From the NCBI RefSeq assembly GCF_964355755.1, contig NC_092675.1, forward strand, positions 15,534,912 through 15,598,911: a DNA stretch of 64,000 nucleotides, written 5' to 3'. Of this stretch, positions 1 to 13,952 are shown one piece after another (the first letter of the stretch is position 1; the number at the start of each line of letters is the position of its first letter). The translations under genes and the position numbers were made by a program. Below the pieces are notes generated by a model. It ran no database searches. It was given only the letters and a program-made list of their open reading frames with translations, and was not told the origin of the DNA. The DNA comes from Antedon mediterranea (lineage: Eukaryota > Animalia > Echinodermata).

Positions 1-85
1 ACGCGACTCTATAGTTCACTATGTCGGTCGGTCGGTCCGGTATCACTATGCGTTTTAGCACGCGACTTATGGCTGTTGGTCTTGT

Positions 86-1250
86 TCGTGTACAACCCAG
101 TTAATTGAGGTCATTGATTTGTGGTCAGTATGGTTGGATAATGGTTTTTCTTTTGATTGTATTTATTTTGACTTTCAGAAGGCCTTGATAAAGTGCCTCA
201 TGGTAGATTGTTATCTAAACTCAGGTCTTATGGTATTTCTAGCAACTTGTAAAGGTGGATCGAGTGTTTTTTGAGTGATCGAAAACAAAGAATTGTGGTA
301 AATGAGAAGAAGTCGGTGTGGCGAGATGTTATTAGCAGAGGGCCTCAGGGCAGTGTCCTGGGGCCATTATTATTTTTCATTTTTAAAAATGATCTACCAG
401 ACGCTATTTCCCAATCTGTCATTAAGCTCTTTGCAGACGATACAAAGTTGTTCAGAATAATTCAATCCGATTCAGATAGAAATTTAATGCAGATTGATAT
501 AGATACAATGTGCAAATGGTCTCATGATTGGCAGCTACCGTTTAATTTGACCAAGTGTAAAGTCACATATTTTGGGTCAAAGAATTTGAAGTACAGTATG
601 AATACTTTATTGGCCTTGGTGATAACAAAGTTGGTATTGATAGCGTTTCTCAAGAGACAGATTTAAGAATACTGATTGATCATAAATTAGACTTCTCTGC
701 CCATACTTCCAAGGTTGTTAAATCTGCAAACAGGATACTCGGTATGGTGACTAGATCTTTCAAATATCTTGATAGTAATAGTTATATGTATCTGTACAAA
801 TCTATGATCAGACCTATATTGGAATATGGTGGTAGTTCACGGACACCTCTGTATCAGAAAGATTACAATCGTTTAGAAAAAGTCCAACAGAGATCCACAA
901 GGTTAGTGTCTGAATTGAGGAGTAAGTTATATGCATAGAGATTGAAGTTATTGGATTTGCCTACCTTAGCCTTTAGAAGGAAAAGAATGGATTTAATTCA
1001 AACTTTTAAAATCTTTCATAAATTTGATAATATCTAGGCAGGAAAATTATTTCAAAGATCTAAATACCAGAAAACCAGGGGGAATGTTTTAAGGTATCGA
1101 AATCCAAATATAATAAAAACATTAGAAAAAGAGCATATGCAGTTAGAGTTATAAATGATTGGAACTCGCTACCAAACCATATTGTGACGGAACCAATGAT
1201 TAACAAGTTCAAAGCCGGCATTGTAAAGTTATGGTCTGACCACCATCTCA
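86..1250 (+). mobile_element. CR1-group LINE reverse transcriptase 3' fragment (degenerate)
   Basis: ORF 271-666 has GPQGSVLGPLLF...ND and LFADDTKL RT motifs; 744-938 has LYKSMIRPILEY...LEKVQQRSTRLV C-terminal motif; stops and frameshifts between them. Confidence 0.9.
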
Positions 1251-1349
1251 AGTTTTGCCCATGTTACCGAGGAGTTCTCATTGATGACAATGGAAGGACA
1301 AATGAGCTAGTTCTCAAAGTCCAACGGTTCAAGGTATATTCAAGGTATA

Positions 1350-2010
1350 TAAAAAGATTGTAATGATGGAAATAGGACGATAGTTAGAAAGGTTTGATTT
1401 GGGGCCAGATTTGTAAATAGGGGTAACGGCGCGCCAGCTTCAACCTCTATTTGGAAAAATACCTTTGCAGAGGACAAGATTCTAAATGGGACACAAGAGA
1501 AGGGAGATAAGATTAATAACATGTTTAATGGCTTTAGTATGGAAATCATCAGTACCAGGAGCTTAATTGTTATCGAAGAAAAAGAAAATCTAGGACGGGG
1601 TTATGAAAATTGATTTCGGATTTGATTGAGGAAGAAACATTGCTGAGGGGAATTTTGTTAGCAAGGGAGGGTCCAATTTTTACAACAACAAAAAAACATT
1701 AAATGCTTTAGCAATAATGATGGGGTTTTTAGTTGGTACTCTGTAGTGTTACAGTTGTATTGCTTTTGTGGTTAATTTCGGTTTTTATGTTGTTTAATAT
1801 TAGAGTTGATTGTTTTCCAGGTTGCATTAATATCATTTTTGTGCTTGGTGAAATATCATGGAAGTGGATTCTATTGGCATTTTTGATAGTGGAGTTTATT
1901 ACAGTACTGTTTATGTTTAATTTCATTGGCAGGTGAAGAAATCTAGCATAGAGTTTATGTTAATGCATTAAGATTTGAGCAGGCCATTTGACATCCAAGA
2001 TTTAATTTGT
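1350..2010 (-). mobile_element. CR1/L2-group LINE ORF2 relic (linker to RT start)
   Basis: Manual minus-strand translation gives frameshifted KNDINATWKTINS, AFNVFF..IGPSLANKIP and TPIYKSGPKSNLSNYRPISI motifs. Confidence 0.75.
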
Positions 2011-2439
2011 TTGTTCTTGAGTATTATTATACCGTAGTATTGAGCTGGGAAAAGAAAACACAAGGGTTACGAGAGTACACATCTGGTCGTTGATCCATGT
2101 AGAACATCCTGAAAGGTTATCATTTAGATGCAGCGAAGATCAGACTCCGGTTTTATTACCATCTTTTTCTTGTTTCTCTTTAGTATGCATGTGATACGTC
2201 TCGTCCGTATTGCAGCGGCTTTAACAGCTTCATTGTTTGAGGTCTTATGAAGCAGATTAAGGCGTTTAGATGTTAAGTTTTCTTTTTTGTTAAGACTTCT
2301 GATCGGGAACGGTACGACGTGAATTTGATGATAATATAATACTTTAATAACAATAATAATAATAATTTTGATTTTCTTGCGTCTGATCAAGGTCGCTTTA
2401 GTCCAATACTGTATGTTATTTTAGAGGCAATTAAAACGT

Positions 2440-2850
2440 TTGAACTTTGTCCTTTATATGCTGTTTTTTAGTCTTAGGGTCAAAGAGAGAAACTCACTAC
2501 AAAGAATTGTTCACTTTAGTTCTAAATTAATAGGTTGTCAACTTCGTAGCTTATCTTCTTTCTGTGACATGCAAACTCTAGAAAAAAGTAGAGCTATTCT
2601 AAAAAATGTTAACCATGCCTTGTTCAGTGATTTCGAGCTCATGCCTCATGGGCGTCACTTTAGAACAAACCGGAAAATATATTCGTTTTTGCCAGTGCCC
2701 ATTCGACTCTTAAATTCTTGAACTATGACTGTTGTTATGTACTGTACTGTGTATTGTGATATTTTGTATATTTTGTAAGATCATTTTAATCCAGACCTTT
2801 TTATTTGAATTGCCCCGTGTGAGATTAAAGAATTTTGAATTGAATTGAAA
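2440..2850 (+). mobile_element. Rex/L2-like LINE 3' end
   Basis: ORF 2440-2721 LQRIVHFSSKLIG...FELMPHGR...SFLPVPIRLLNS resembles Rex1/L2 ORF2 C-termini; followed by a (GAATT)n tail near 2837-2850. Confidence 0.7.
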
Positions 2851-3349
2851 TTAATATCTAATGTGTCAGTGTATCTTGTTGATTCACGCATACCATGTAA
2901 AAGTGGGCAGTTTCGTAGACTATACTGTTCTAACTCGTAACTCGTCAAGCTTATCCATCATGGTGTGGTTTTCTTCCAAAAGATTTTTTATTTTCGCGGA
3001 GAATTTTATCCGTTGTTCATGGTTACGCTGTTGTAAACACTTTGTTAATAGTACTGAAAGTGGTACTATCAATCGGTGAACCCACTACCGGGGATTTCAA
3101 CGTTGCTTCCCATGTTCTATATAGGCTCGGTCGTTTCATCCTGTACACTTGTCCTTACCTACGTCTTCGATAGAATCCTTCGTTCCTTTGGATCTGGTAG
3201 ATGCCAGAGTGAAGTAGTAAATTTAGTAAATAAGATAACAAAGATCGATGAATAAATACCAATGATATGTTTGTAAAAAATGCAATTTTAGGAGCTTGTA
3301 CCGGAGCTATGTTGTTAACAGCGCACTACATAATAACAAAACAACGATG

Positions 3350-5900
3350 CACATAATCTCGTACTTTCTGACTCTTTTTGTTTTTACTTGTTGTTACCAT
3401 GGTAACTTTTACACCATTCATGCTACGGTCACAAAGCTCCGCCAAATGCGCAGGTAACATCTCACCAGACAGTGTCTCGTTCTTGTAGTGACTGGATGTT
3501 CTATCATACTAGGGGTCAGGACACAAACTTTCGTACCAGCCAAAATCATTTTCTTTTCAACTCCAGGATTTAGTATAAGAAGCGGGAACGTTTGAGCATT
3601 TGGGTCTACTACAGTTCGGCCTAATAAAGCAAATGTCACTGTTTTTGTATGGTTTCTTGATTTTTAAAATGTTTTTACTCGGGGTACCTAGTCTAGTACT
3701 CTCTCATCTTCTCCTCTTCGTCTTCTTCTTCTTCCATCTGGACACTATCGAGTAAAAAGTGCGATTTATAAAGTACTAATTCTCCCTTATTAGTTGTAGT
3801 ATTGAGCTGGGATTTGGCATGAATATACTACAGGGACATGTCCTCAAAGCTATAGAGCCATATAGCCGTATTTGGTAGCGAGGTTATTGATGTTGTATTT
3901 GACGTCACATCCGATCTTATGACGTCATTACAGCTTCTTTTGCTGTACCCCGAGTATCGTACATTCATGGTTGTTTTTTCTAATATTAGTGAGTGCAATA
4001 AGTGTATCGTTGTTTTTTATTTAACTAATTAAATTGTAATTGCAAAATATAATTTATTTCAGCTTTTGGCTGCCACTGTATTTTAATGTTTTTTTTCAAA
4101 TAAAGATTCAGTACCATGAATAATAATAAAAGCGTTGAATAGAAAAACCCTTCGGTTCCACTATCTATTCACCTTCTGTTTCTCACTGGTTCTTTTCACG
4201 TACGCCGTAGCAATGTATTGACACTTCGATGGTATTTCAATAGTTTCATGTATCATTACTGAGCGGCCAAGTGGTTCTCCATCCACCGTGGTACACATGA
4301 TTGGCGCTAGTTCCGTTTCGCACCTGTTTTTATTTCGACTTCCTTTTGACTCCAAATTGTTAAGCAACTTATTGTGAATACCATACCTTAAAATTGGGCC
4401 TCATAAGTACTTTTATGAAGAAGAATCACATAAAAAGTAACAAGTAAATCCTTAAATTGATGATTTTACAGACATGTACCGTTCGCGAATTTAGCATACA
4501 CGAAGTTCAATATTTTCGTTTCTATGGAGCGCCAAAAGAGCAACAACAATAGATGGTTAAAAACTCAGTGGAATGCGTCTTCTTTTAATGCATTTATTAT
4601 TTAAATACACGTTTAATTTTAATATATTTTGTCAATAAAAATGCTGTAACATTTTACTGCTAATAATTTGCTGTTTTCAAATAGCAACCAACCCTAGGCC
4701 TAACTAAGAGTAAGACTATAGACTAAGAGGAATATTATTTAGATCAGGTATACCCCTACAGCAGTACATGTAATATGATGATGAATTTGTCGATTTTCAT
4801 TCCTAAAAGTTCCTGCAAAAACCATGTACAGTATCAACAGTAATAGTTTTGTTGCATTGACATTGACAAAATATGATAAAATTGAACGTAATTTTCACCA
4901 ATAAATGCATTCAATATACGCAATTTACTGAGTTTTTAGACCTCTATTATGATTGCTCTTTTGGCGCTCCATAGAAACAACAACATTGAACATGGAGTAT
5001 GCGAAATTCACAAACCGATGTGCGAGAAACACGTCTGTAAATTCATCAATTTAAAGGATTTATTTTTTACTTTTTGTGTGAAAACCTTCGTAAAAGTATT
5101 TTTGAGGCCTAATTCTGAGGTGTGGTACTCACGATAAAGTTACTTAACCAATTTTGAGTCGAAATAAACGACAGGTGCGAAACGAAACTAGCGCCCACAT
5201 GATTTGCTCGTTCTCCAAGCATAATTCTAGAGTGGACAAGTATTCCCCCGGTCGTTAAGAGGAAATCCATTCCAAGGATGCCTGGTGCTGTTATTAGGTC
5301 CGCAAATATTTCCCTAATGGTTCGGCAGGTAGTACAATACTCATACTTCAACCTTGGCCTTAAGAGGTTTGCCATTCGCATGATTAAAACACGGGCGCAG
5401 GTTCACCAGTATCTAGTAGTAAAAAGAAGTAGAAAACAAGGTGTCTGTTGCTTCAGTATCTACAAACAGGTTCATGTCTGTTCCTGTCATCACGGCCTCT
5501 TTCACGTATAACCCTTCTCTCTAATAAAACAATGGTGCACATAATCTCGTACTTTCTGACTCTTTTGTTTGAACTCGTTCGTTCTTAACAGGTTCGGTGC
5601 AACCCAACTGGTCTGTCACGTTCTCTGATTTACTCGTTACTGTATGGGTGGGCCTCCGTCGAATCCCAACCTTCCACTGGCCCCTGCGGTTGGTTGTCAG
5701 TCAGTCGTTTCCCGACGGTCGTTCAGATTTGCATTTCTTGAGCAAAATGCCATTTCTCTTCACAGCCCTCGTATTCTGGTTCCGCCGATTCCATTGGTTC
5801 CCTTGTTTTACTGGAGTTTTCTCGTTCATTGTTATTAGGATGATCTCGTCCGCTATTACTAGTGATTACATTCGGTTAACTTGTCTATATGCTTTCGGTT
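3350..5900 (-). mobile_element. Gypsy-type LTR retrotransposon gag-protease relic, fragmented
   Basis: Minus strand: degenerate Cys/His knuckle near 5740-5780, LFVDTEAT (DTG-like) near 5450-5470, ILGMDFL protease motif in ORF 5109-5381, post-protease region in ORFs 4161-4367 and 3418-3639; interrupted by the MITE at 4303-5195. Confidence 0.7.
4303..5195. mobile_element. Mutator(MULE)-type MITE
   Basis: Long imperfect TIRs GGCGCTAGTT(C/T)CGTTTCGCACCTG...; exact 9-bp TSD CACATGATT at 4294-4302 and 5196-5204. Confidence 0.85.
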
Positions 5901-6563
5901 TTGAATAGGCGTGTGCTAATTTTCCACCTACTATTCAGTAAAATTACCGTATCCTTATCCTTATCAATGAAACATAATATGACCACTTCAGTATTAAAAG
6001 GTATCAACCAGAGGACTGTTCCATAAATTAAGAAAGGGGTGTCAAATTTCACTACAATATACAGTATAAGTCTTCAGGACCAGCCCTACCATAGTTTGGG
6101 TGGAGCTAAGGCAATTTTGAAAAATAGATCTGCGCACCCCTCTCAAACAAGAAAAATGATTACTTAAATTAGACTTAGAAAACAATTATAAACAAATAAT
6201 GAATTAACTTGAAAAATGACAAAATTCATTCACCCAAAAATCCATTTTCTGGGAAACCAATTTGAGCATTGTTTGCTTTAACAGTTAGGGGAAAAATGGC
6301 AAAATTGTTTCTACTTTCTAGGATTTTTATCAGAGAATCTATATTGTTTTGACTACTCTTGTAACATGACCACAGTGCTGATTTTGCCATTTTTCCTCTG
6401 TTCAATTTTTGGTCTGGTCAAAGTGGATAACTATTATGCCACATTAAAATGGTATAATATAACAAATATTTTTTAAGAATTATTTTTTCTGGGGGACAAT
6501 AAATCTTTAAATTACTTGTACAAGTTTGTACTGCTTAGTAGGCATTAAATAGATGATACACAC

Positions 6564-6707
6564 CTGGATAAATGGAGGTGACACTTCCAGCTGGAATGTA
6601 GCCTTTGCTTACTATTACACCCATATCTCCATCTACCACTTTACTAGGTCCACGATGAACAACAAACCCAAAGTGTCTATTCATTACACTGTCCACATCT
6701 TCCGTAC
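6564..6707 (-). CDS. SETD9: SET domain-containing protein 9-like, coding exon 3
   Basis: GTEDVDSVMNRHFGFVVHRGPSKVVDGDMGVIVSKGYIPAGSVTSIYPG resembles vertebrate SETD9 (GFSV...GVFVTKGLVPKGAVVSMYPG); tttttatag acceptor, gtgtgt donor, phase 1/1 fits exon 2. Confidence 0.85.
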
Positions 6708-6833
6708 CTATAAAAAATACATTTTTTATCAATAAAACATAAATTTTATTGGATCAAAATTCTGTTATGCTCTCAATTATTACTTCTGATAATTTTTTGA
6801 TTTTTCAGTTTTATAGTTGCACCGTAAACTTAA

Positions 6834-7116
6834 AGATGTATTGTCCCCCAAAAACACATGAAAAAAAGATTAATTAAATCAGATTTTGACTACCTGTAGG
6901 TTACTTTTTAGTTTTAATAAAGTTAATCCCTTACATAAAAAAAAACATATTAAATGACAAAATAATGGTCAAATTCAACCAAAAACTGCTTTTTTCAGGT
7001 AAATAAATTTTTTTTTATTCAATTTTTGTTCAAAGTGGATAACTATTATGTGATATTGAAATGGCATATTTAAAACAAAATTTTTTTTACATTTTTTTCA
7101 GGGGGACAATACATCT
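6834..7116. mobile_element. Kolobok-type MITE
   Basis: TTAA-AGATGTATTGTCCCCC...GGGGGACAATACATCT-TTAA; same termini at 38142-38686; partial end near 6490-6510. Confidence 0.75.
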
Positions 7117-8493
7117 TTAAACTTTCATTCCAACCACTAAGGTGCAACGCAAAGACGTACATGTGTAATGAAAATAATTTATACAATCACAAAAGCAATG
7201 AATCATCTGAACATATCACTTCTGTAAATGGGAAGATTGTGTTGAGTTGGGAAGATAATGAAAAAAAAAACTACAAGGCCGATATTCATTTTTCACGCTG
7301 CTGCTCTAGTCCCATTAGGACTACTCAATCAGAAGCTAAAGCATGCAGCAGTAGTTCTAAGGACGACAATTTTGCGAAAATGGAAACTCCACTATAATTT
7401 ATTGATTCCAGCTGCTACAGTAGACCCAAAAAACGTCTGGGAAAAGAGTCTATTAGGACATGTCATGCTAAAATTACAAATCCCAAAGCATTTCGGGTAT
7501 AATATATTCATTGTCAGTGTCAGATATTCATTGAATTATTATCGAAACAGTCCATTAAAGTTTGTGTTTGTAATAGGATACTTCACACTTGAAATATCTA
7601 GGGTGATGAAGTGACCCCCAGACTTGACCTTAGCAATAAAATTAACTAAAGTGACAGAAATTGAGTATTCACTTCTGTAACAAACAAATAATATTTATTC
7701 ACATATAAAAAGAGAAAAGAAACCCAAAAACTATTGTAGTTTTAAGTATTTGTTGCTTTAAATTACATTTTTTTCAGGTAAAATAACTATTATGTGACAA
7801 TAAAATGACACATTCAAAAACATTTGAAATAAAAAATATTTTTCAATAAGCGAGCAGCGTTTTTTGTAAGAAATATTTCTTGTTTAGAATTATATTATTA
7901 GACATAGCACACACATTTCAAATTTGTATTCAGTGCTTCTATTTTACAGCTTATAAGATGCAGCTTGGTGAGAGGAACTCGGAACAGAAAAGATTTTTTA
8001 AATTGGACTACCGGTTGTTGAGTTATGTTAAAAAATGTTACCCAGTTTCAATGCCAATTTCAGCCAATTTTGGTGAAAAATTACAAAATCGCTTTTTTCC
8101 AATATTAAAGTCTTAAAACAAGTAAAAATATAATCTGTATTATATTGTGAATTAACTCTTTCAAAGAGTGACATACTTGGAAACCTTTGGTTTAAAAAAA
8201 AGTAGGTTCTGTAATGTCCTGAAACATTTTTTTCGTGCTCATGAAAACTGCTAATATTTGTTTTTAACACTTTGACTGCCAGAGGTTTTTCCAGTTAGAA
8301 ACTGCCACCGCCAGCGTTTTTAGCCCAATTCGATGTTTATATCAAAGCTGATTGAAACCAGGGAAGAGTTAAATTTTAACTCTTCCCTGTTGAAACCATG
8401 TATGTGATCTGATTTATATGTAATTTAGACTAAAATAATCATAAAGATTTTAGCTTTACAATGGTATCAAGAACGATTTTTAAATCACAATAT

Positions 8494-11400
8494 CAGGGCT
8501 GCAAATTAACTTTTTCACTTGGTAGCACTATCAAATTTTTATGACAGCTCATAATAATTTTTGGTAGCACCACCAATTTTTTTGGTAGCACCTGATCAAC
8601 TTTGTTCATTGACAACTAACCCTTCTCCCCTACCCCATCCCCCACCCCACACACAAAAAAAAACCAAAACACACTAAAGCAAACTGCATGTACAACAGTA
8701 ACACTCAGTTACCATCAGAGGCAACCAACCAATAAAACTTTATTTCTTTATTAAATGATTAAAGAATACAATGTAAGATATGACAGTAGTAATATAATGT
8801 TGTGCCAGGGATCATTGATTCAGCGAACTAGTACAATTCCATCAGGCCAGTTTCTGTACATAGGCCTCCTACTTCGCTGGCCATCTGATAACCACTTTTC
8901 AGCTATAGTTGTTGGATCAAAAGACTCTAGTGTTGGACCCTCCATTTCTATTCGGATCAAATCTTCTGTAGTGCTTACGTGGAGAGAATTTCTCACATCA
9001 GTTTTAATGCGTTTTTGGGCTGAAAACCCCCTCTCGCATTGAGCAGCACTGATCGGCATAACAAGGAGGATTTGCACAAGGTGTAGGATATTCTGGTAAG
9101 ACAAAACAAGTTATAGAGTAGACTAGTTAAAAAAGTAAGTTCCTCCTTATATTTAAATTTTCAAAAATTAAATTAATTAAAAAAGACTTTTAAAATTACT
9201 ATAGTCACTGTACCTTGTAATCTTCACAGTATGGTTTTTTAGTAAGCATAATCTGCCACAAATCAAGGTATGACTTATCCTGTAAGTTTATTTGGATTAA
9301 CAGTTTCATGTCACTCCATTCATGTAATGCCTTCAACTTGTTACATCCTTGTCTGTATAAAATAATTATATTGGAAAAATAAAACATAAAATGATTAGAA
9401 AAAAATGTGGATTAAGATGGAGTTTCTGAAGAAAGTGGACTTTTTTTTTGTCTTGCTGCTACTGCTTCTTAAGAGGAAGAACTTTAGAGAACAACAAATT
9501 AATTAATTTAATATTCAATAATGTAATGTTCTGTTACCTTTCTAGTATATCTTCAAAATGATGAAGAAGGTATTCTACTTCACCACGACCATATTCAAGT
9601 AATTCTCGCTGATTTTTCGGCCAACTGTCATGGTTGAATATGTTAAATGCATAGAGTGCTTTCTGTGGTGTTGCGTCATTGCCTACAACTTCATCATCTG
9701 GATCACTAAGAACATTCTTAAACCTGTCTTTCATGTCCCTTACAACAAACTGACAGGCGTGCTTAATCGAAGCAGTTAACCGCACATCAATCTCTGATTC
9801 AGTACCTTTCAGTTTAATGCCCTGTATAATTAAGAAACATTGGTAAACATAGAAGTTGGCAGAGAGTTTTAGTTCAAATACATGTCACTGAATTTATAAT
9901 TAATTTTAATAATATGTAATAAGTACTAATTACCTGAAACAGTACTTCTTCTTTGTCAATTGTTGTATCTATGAACCTTTGAAGATAGCCACCAACCTTT
10001 GGGCTGTCCTCAAGAGCTTCAATGCTCAAAATACACCTTAACAACTGTGCCTTTGCCGTTGGTAGTATCAGATCATTGCGCTAAAGTGTCAGGCTAAGCT
10101 GCTGGATTTCAGTAAACATGTCTGCCAAGAAGTGACTGAAAGCGGCAAACATAATTGTTTCCATTTCTTTTTTTATCTGAGAAGAAAATATTCATAAATT
10201 AAAAATCACAAACACTATGCTTTACAAAGCAACACAAGTCAAACTCAGCACAGTGAGCAATCATGAAAGATGTCATGCTTGCATCAACATTTAATCAACA
10301 AATTACAGGTATGGTGCTATTAACCTTTCTTGCTCTCCCTTGAATGCCAGCAGATGTGTGGGTTGCTGCCAGGTGATCCATATGTGCATGGATTGCACCA
10401 TATTGGCCAGCATCTGTCATTACATCAGGTGATTTAATGAAGGATGTGAGTGATCTTGTAACATGGGCAATCCACCTTGTACCCTTGACATTTCCTGGAT
10501 TCACCACATTTACTCCAAGTTCTCTGCCAATTTGTTTAAGCTCCCTTTTGGATTTAGGGCTGAAATGGTAGGTCTTCCAAACCAAGTACAGCAAGTCATA
10601 CACTTTCGTCACCGTTGGCTGTTTTTTCAGGCCAGAAAGCAATGCCAACTCAAGTCTGTTAATTTATAAAAAATAAAAGATGATATTATTTATATTGCAT
10701 TATAAATAAATGAGTGAAGGCTTGGACATAAAAGCTAATCATTGATTTAACAAATATTGTTTAATATATGAAGATTTAATTCAATACCTGTGAGGCATAC
10801 AGTGCATTGGTATAATGTGTTCTCCTGCGCTCTCCTTGAGATGTACAATTACTCCACCTCTCTTTCCAAGATTGACACTTGCACCATCTGCTCCAAAGCC
10901 TACTACTTTAGACTTCCATCTCTCACCACAGCCTGTGTTGTTGAATATTTTCTCCACTGTAGAAAAAACCCCTGCAAAATTAATAGAACAGGTGTATATT
11001 TTAAAAATAAAGTTTGTATATTGCTAAGTAATAGTAATTTATACTTTAAAACAAAAATAAATTTGTTAATAATATCTGTTCCTGGGCTCCTCTGATCTTG
11101 TCACTGTGTGTAGAGAGAGGCCTGGGCTAGTAATCACTCAGTTTTTAATTTTAAATCTTATATACAGAGGCCCACTACTGAGTAGAGTAGCCTACCCTAG
11201 GGCCTAGGCAGTTAGTATTAGTAAAAAATGAGAGTAGGCCTAAATTAATATTATTTAATAACAATTAATACTGTTTTGTGATTTGCTATTCAGGCCTAGG
11301 CTGAAGAATTTAATTAAACTTACCAGCTGCATGAGCATGTTCTACTTCGGCTTGACCAACCAAACGATTTACAGGCAAACCATTTTCTAGCATCCGAACG

Positions 11401-13078
11401 TATAATATCTCGCACTCTTTGACTGAGATATCCGTGTCGCCATCGATCAAAATACTAATGTATCGCTGTTTGTCAACATCATTTGCAAATCGTTCTTTCA
11501 TCGAATCTGCTATTACGCCGATTAGCTGGGCGCACACTTGGTGGTTGGCATACGTTGGTGTGATTTCCGCTCCATTTTTGTGGTGCAGTGTTACTAAAGG
11601 TCCAAATTTTGTAAACGGCAACTCTTCCTTTGCAATAAAATAAGCGATGTTCATCTTTTTTTTTACTTCTAACAGCTTTGTCTTTTGACTTTGCAAAAAA
11701 GCCCGCTGTAATTGCGAAGGCTGTTTTTGTTGTCTGCGAAGCCAGTTATCACGGCAAGCTTGATGTGACTTTGATCTAGAATGGAGCGTCAAAGTCTCCC
11801 TTTTAAATCTTCCCTGGACTCCTGTAGCTAAAGTACTTTTTTTTCCTGCATTATCTTTGCAATACGCGCACCACATAATGTTGTCTGTCTTTGAATAGCG
11901 CAGAAATGGAAATTCTTTTAACCACTTCTCCTGGAAATGGTATGGTTTAGGCCTGTTTTTAGCAGCGAACCGTGGGCGCTCTGCAATTTCTGCGGTCTCC
12001 TCTTGGCCTTCTTCTAGGCCTAGGTCATCCTCTCTAACTCTATCTTCTTCCAACAAAGGTTCTTCATCATCAGACGACAGCGACATATAATCTGGCTTAT
12101 CATCAGTAATTATTGATTCGTCTGAACTTTCTTGTTCTTCCGAGACCGAGGTAGAAGACTTAAAAAAATCAGAAATTTTTTTGTTCATCTTTTCTTGATG
12201 AAAAACACGTCACGACAAGATGATGTGATGTAATGGCCGCCGGCGGGAAGATCGGAGCCTAGTATAGCCGCAAAAACGTGTGGAGTACAATTTGTCGCAA
12301 AAAAAAGCGTGCGCGGGCGGTGGTGGTGGTGTAATGTGAGCATGCGCTCTGCCATATTTACATTTATTTTATATTTACATGACTGAAAATATTTTTCCGT
12401 TTGTTTGTAATGTAAATAAATCAAGTATTACATCTACAGCTATCTATAAACAATACTGCTGTTTAATAAATTAATTTATTAATGAATAGATATTATTATA
12501 ATTATTATTACATCATTAATTACATTTTATAGTAATCATTAATTAGTAATAGCTACATTATAACCATTTATTTATAATGCATAATAAATGCCGATGATAC
12601 TGCGCGGCGAAAATCCTTTGTATCTGCCGCGCTCGCTCTGGTTAACTTCTCTCTACAGAGCTCTCTGTGTACTACGGCGGCTTCCTTCTTTAAAACGGAG
12701 GTGATTTTTTCCACGAGGTTTGTGTGCGTCCATGTCACACACTGTGTGTTTGGTGTCCTTTGTGTGATTGGGTAAGGCAGCATGCTTATAAATGGACGAA
12801 CTACCAATCACAACGAGTGTAAAATGTTTAGCGGCTTTGCACGCTTGAATGAATCTGACTCTGTGGTGGTGGTGACGTACGTACGACGTCGTGTGTGGAG
12901 AGACAGATTAAATTACAACAGTGTTGAAATAGGGAAAAACACACTGGACTTCAATTTGAAACAACTCGCACAAGCAGACGATCTTGTCGCAATAGGCGCG
13001 ACCTATTCTAATTCTTTAGTCGCAACCAGAAAAATGAGGTCGCAAATGCGACCAAATACCCCTTAATTTGCAGCCCTG
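8494..13078 (-). mobile_element. hAT-superfamily transposon, full length, 5-bp TSD
   Basis: Perfect 16-bp TIR CAGGGCTGCAAATTAA; AATAT duplicated at 8489-8493 and 13079-13083; encodes a spliced transposase. Confidence 0.92.
8820..12188 (-). pseudogene. ZNF862-like hAT transposase, 7 exons, one premature stop
   Basis: Exons 11324-12188, 10788-10971, 10325-10655, 9934-10176, 9538-9821, 9214-9352, 8820-9092, all GT-AG, sum 2319 nt in frame; TTF-type Zn finger (W..EFPFL...MWCAYC...H...H), DGDTD, DGASVN, HCMPHR, GTRW and ERGFS motifs; TAG at 10081-10083. Confidence 0.88.
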
Positions 13079-13952
13079 AATATGTAAATCGTAATAGTAA
13101 AATGAAAGTAACCCACTTTTTGAGTTTTTCGTAGTTTCGCACAAGAAAGTAGAGATATTCGCGATTTTGTGCAAGACATCACAATATGAAAATATCGCCC
13201 GGTGAGATCAACGAACAACGAAAAAGTTACTTACACGGCACCGATAGGCCTATAAAAACAAGTTATCACTATCGAAAAATGTATTACATTTTATAAATCA
13301 TAAATCTTATATCAATGTTTCGCCAAAATCCACATAGTAAAGACACCAGGCCTAGTTAACCAGGCCTAAAAAGTTGGTCCGGAACCGTTTTACGACTAGG
13401 CCTAGGCCTAGGCTAGCCTAGTACTACTAGCCTAGATAGTAAACTGATGATAATATCCATACCATTTCAAAACAAGTTTGTTGCGTGAAACTCGGTCACT
13501 TTCAGTAAAACACCAAAACAATTAAATAGGGTATACATACAATAATAAAATTAAAGACTTCATATTGAAAATGACTCCATTATTTTTTATTCAGATAACA
13601 AACAAACAAGTCAATCCACAAAAACCTTTGTAATGCTTCGGCGGCATAGCTAGCGCGCGACCGATACACAATGTGCCAAGCCATCGCTCTACGCGCTAGT
13701 GTGATGCGCGGTGTTTGTTATTTCGACAGGTACCATTTTGAAAATCGTTCGTAACTAGATTAGTTACTTTCAAATTGTAAAATATTGACGGTCCAGACCG
13801 AATATAGTGTTCATATTTATAGTATATACCAATAATTAACCTATCTACCGGATTTTGTAAAAAAACGCGAAACACGAAGATCTTCGTGTTTGGCAGTCAA
13901 GCGTTGTGTTTCCAAAAACGAAGATCTTCGTGTTTGGCAGTCAAAGTGTTAA

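Larger units (their letters stand above)
8268..13948. mobile_element. Non-autonomous piggyBac-type element (about 1.1 kb own sequence) hosting the hAT insertion
   Basis: 14-bp TIR CACTTTGACTGCCA/TGGCAGTCAAAGTG flanked by TTAA at 8264-8267 and 13949-13952; duplicated subterminal ACGAAGATCTTCGTGTTTGGCAGTCAA. Confidence 0.85.

Noticed and set aside
1-85. Short (GTCG)n-containing DINE/HINE-like repeat
   Set aside because: Cut by the window edge and too short to classify
5945-6060. Possible SETD9 exon 4 (open minus-strand stretch ending in a GT donor)
   Set aside because: Translation lacks the expected TVY...IFFQS..N.FIFRC.DG motif; no further SETD9 exon was recognised in 1-6563
8820-12188. Domesticated host ZNF862 gene
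   Set aside because: Flanked by perfect TIRs and a TSD, nested in another transposon, and carries a nonsense codon
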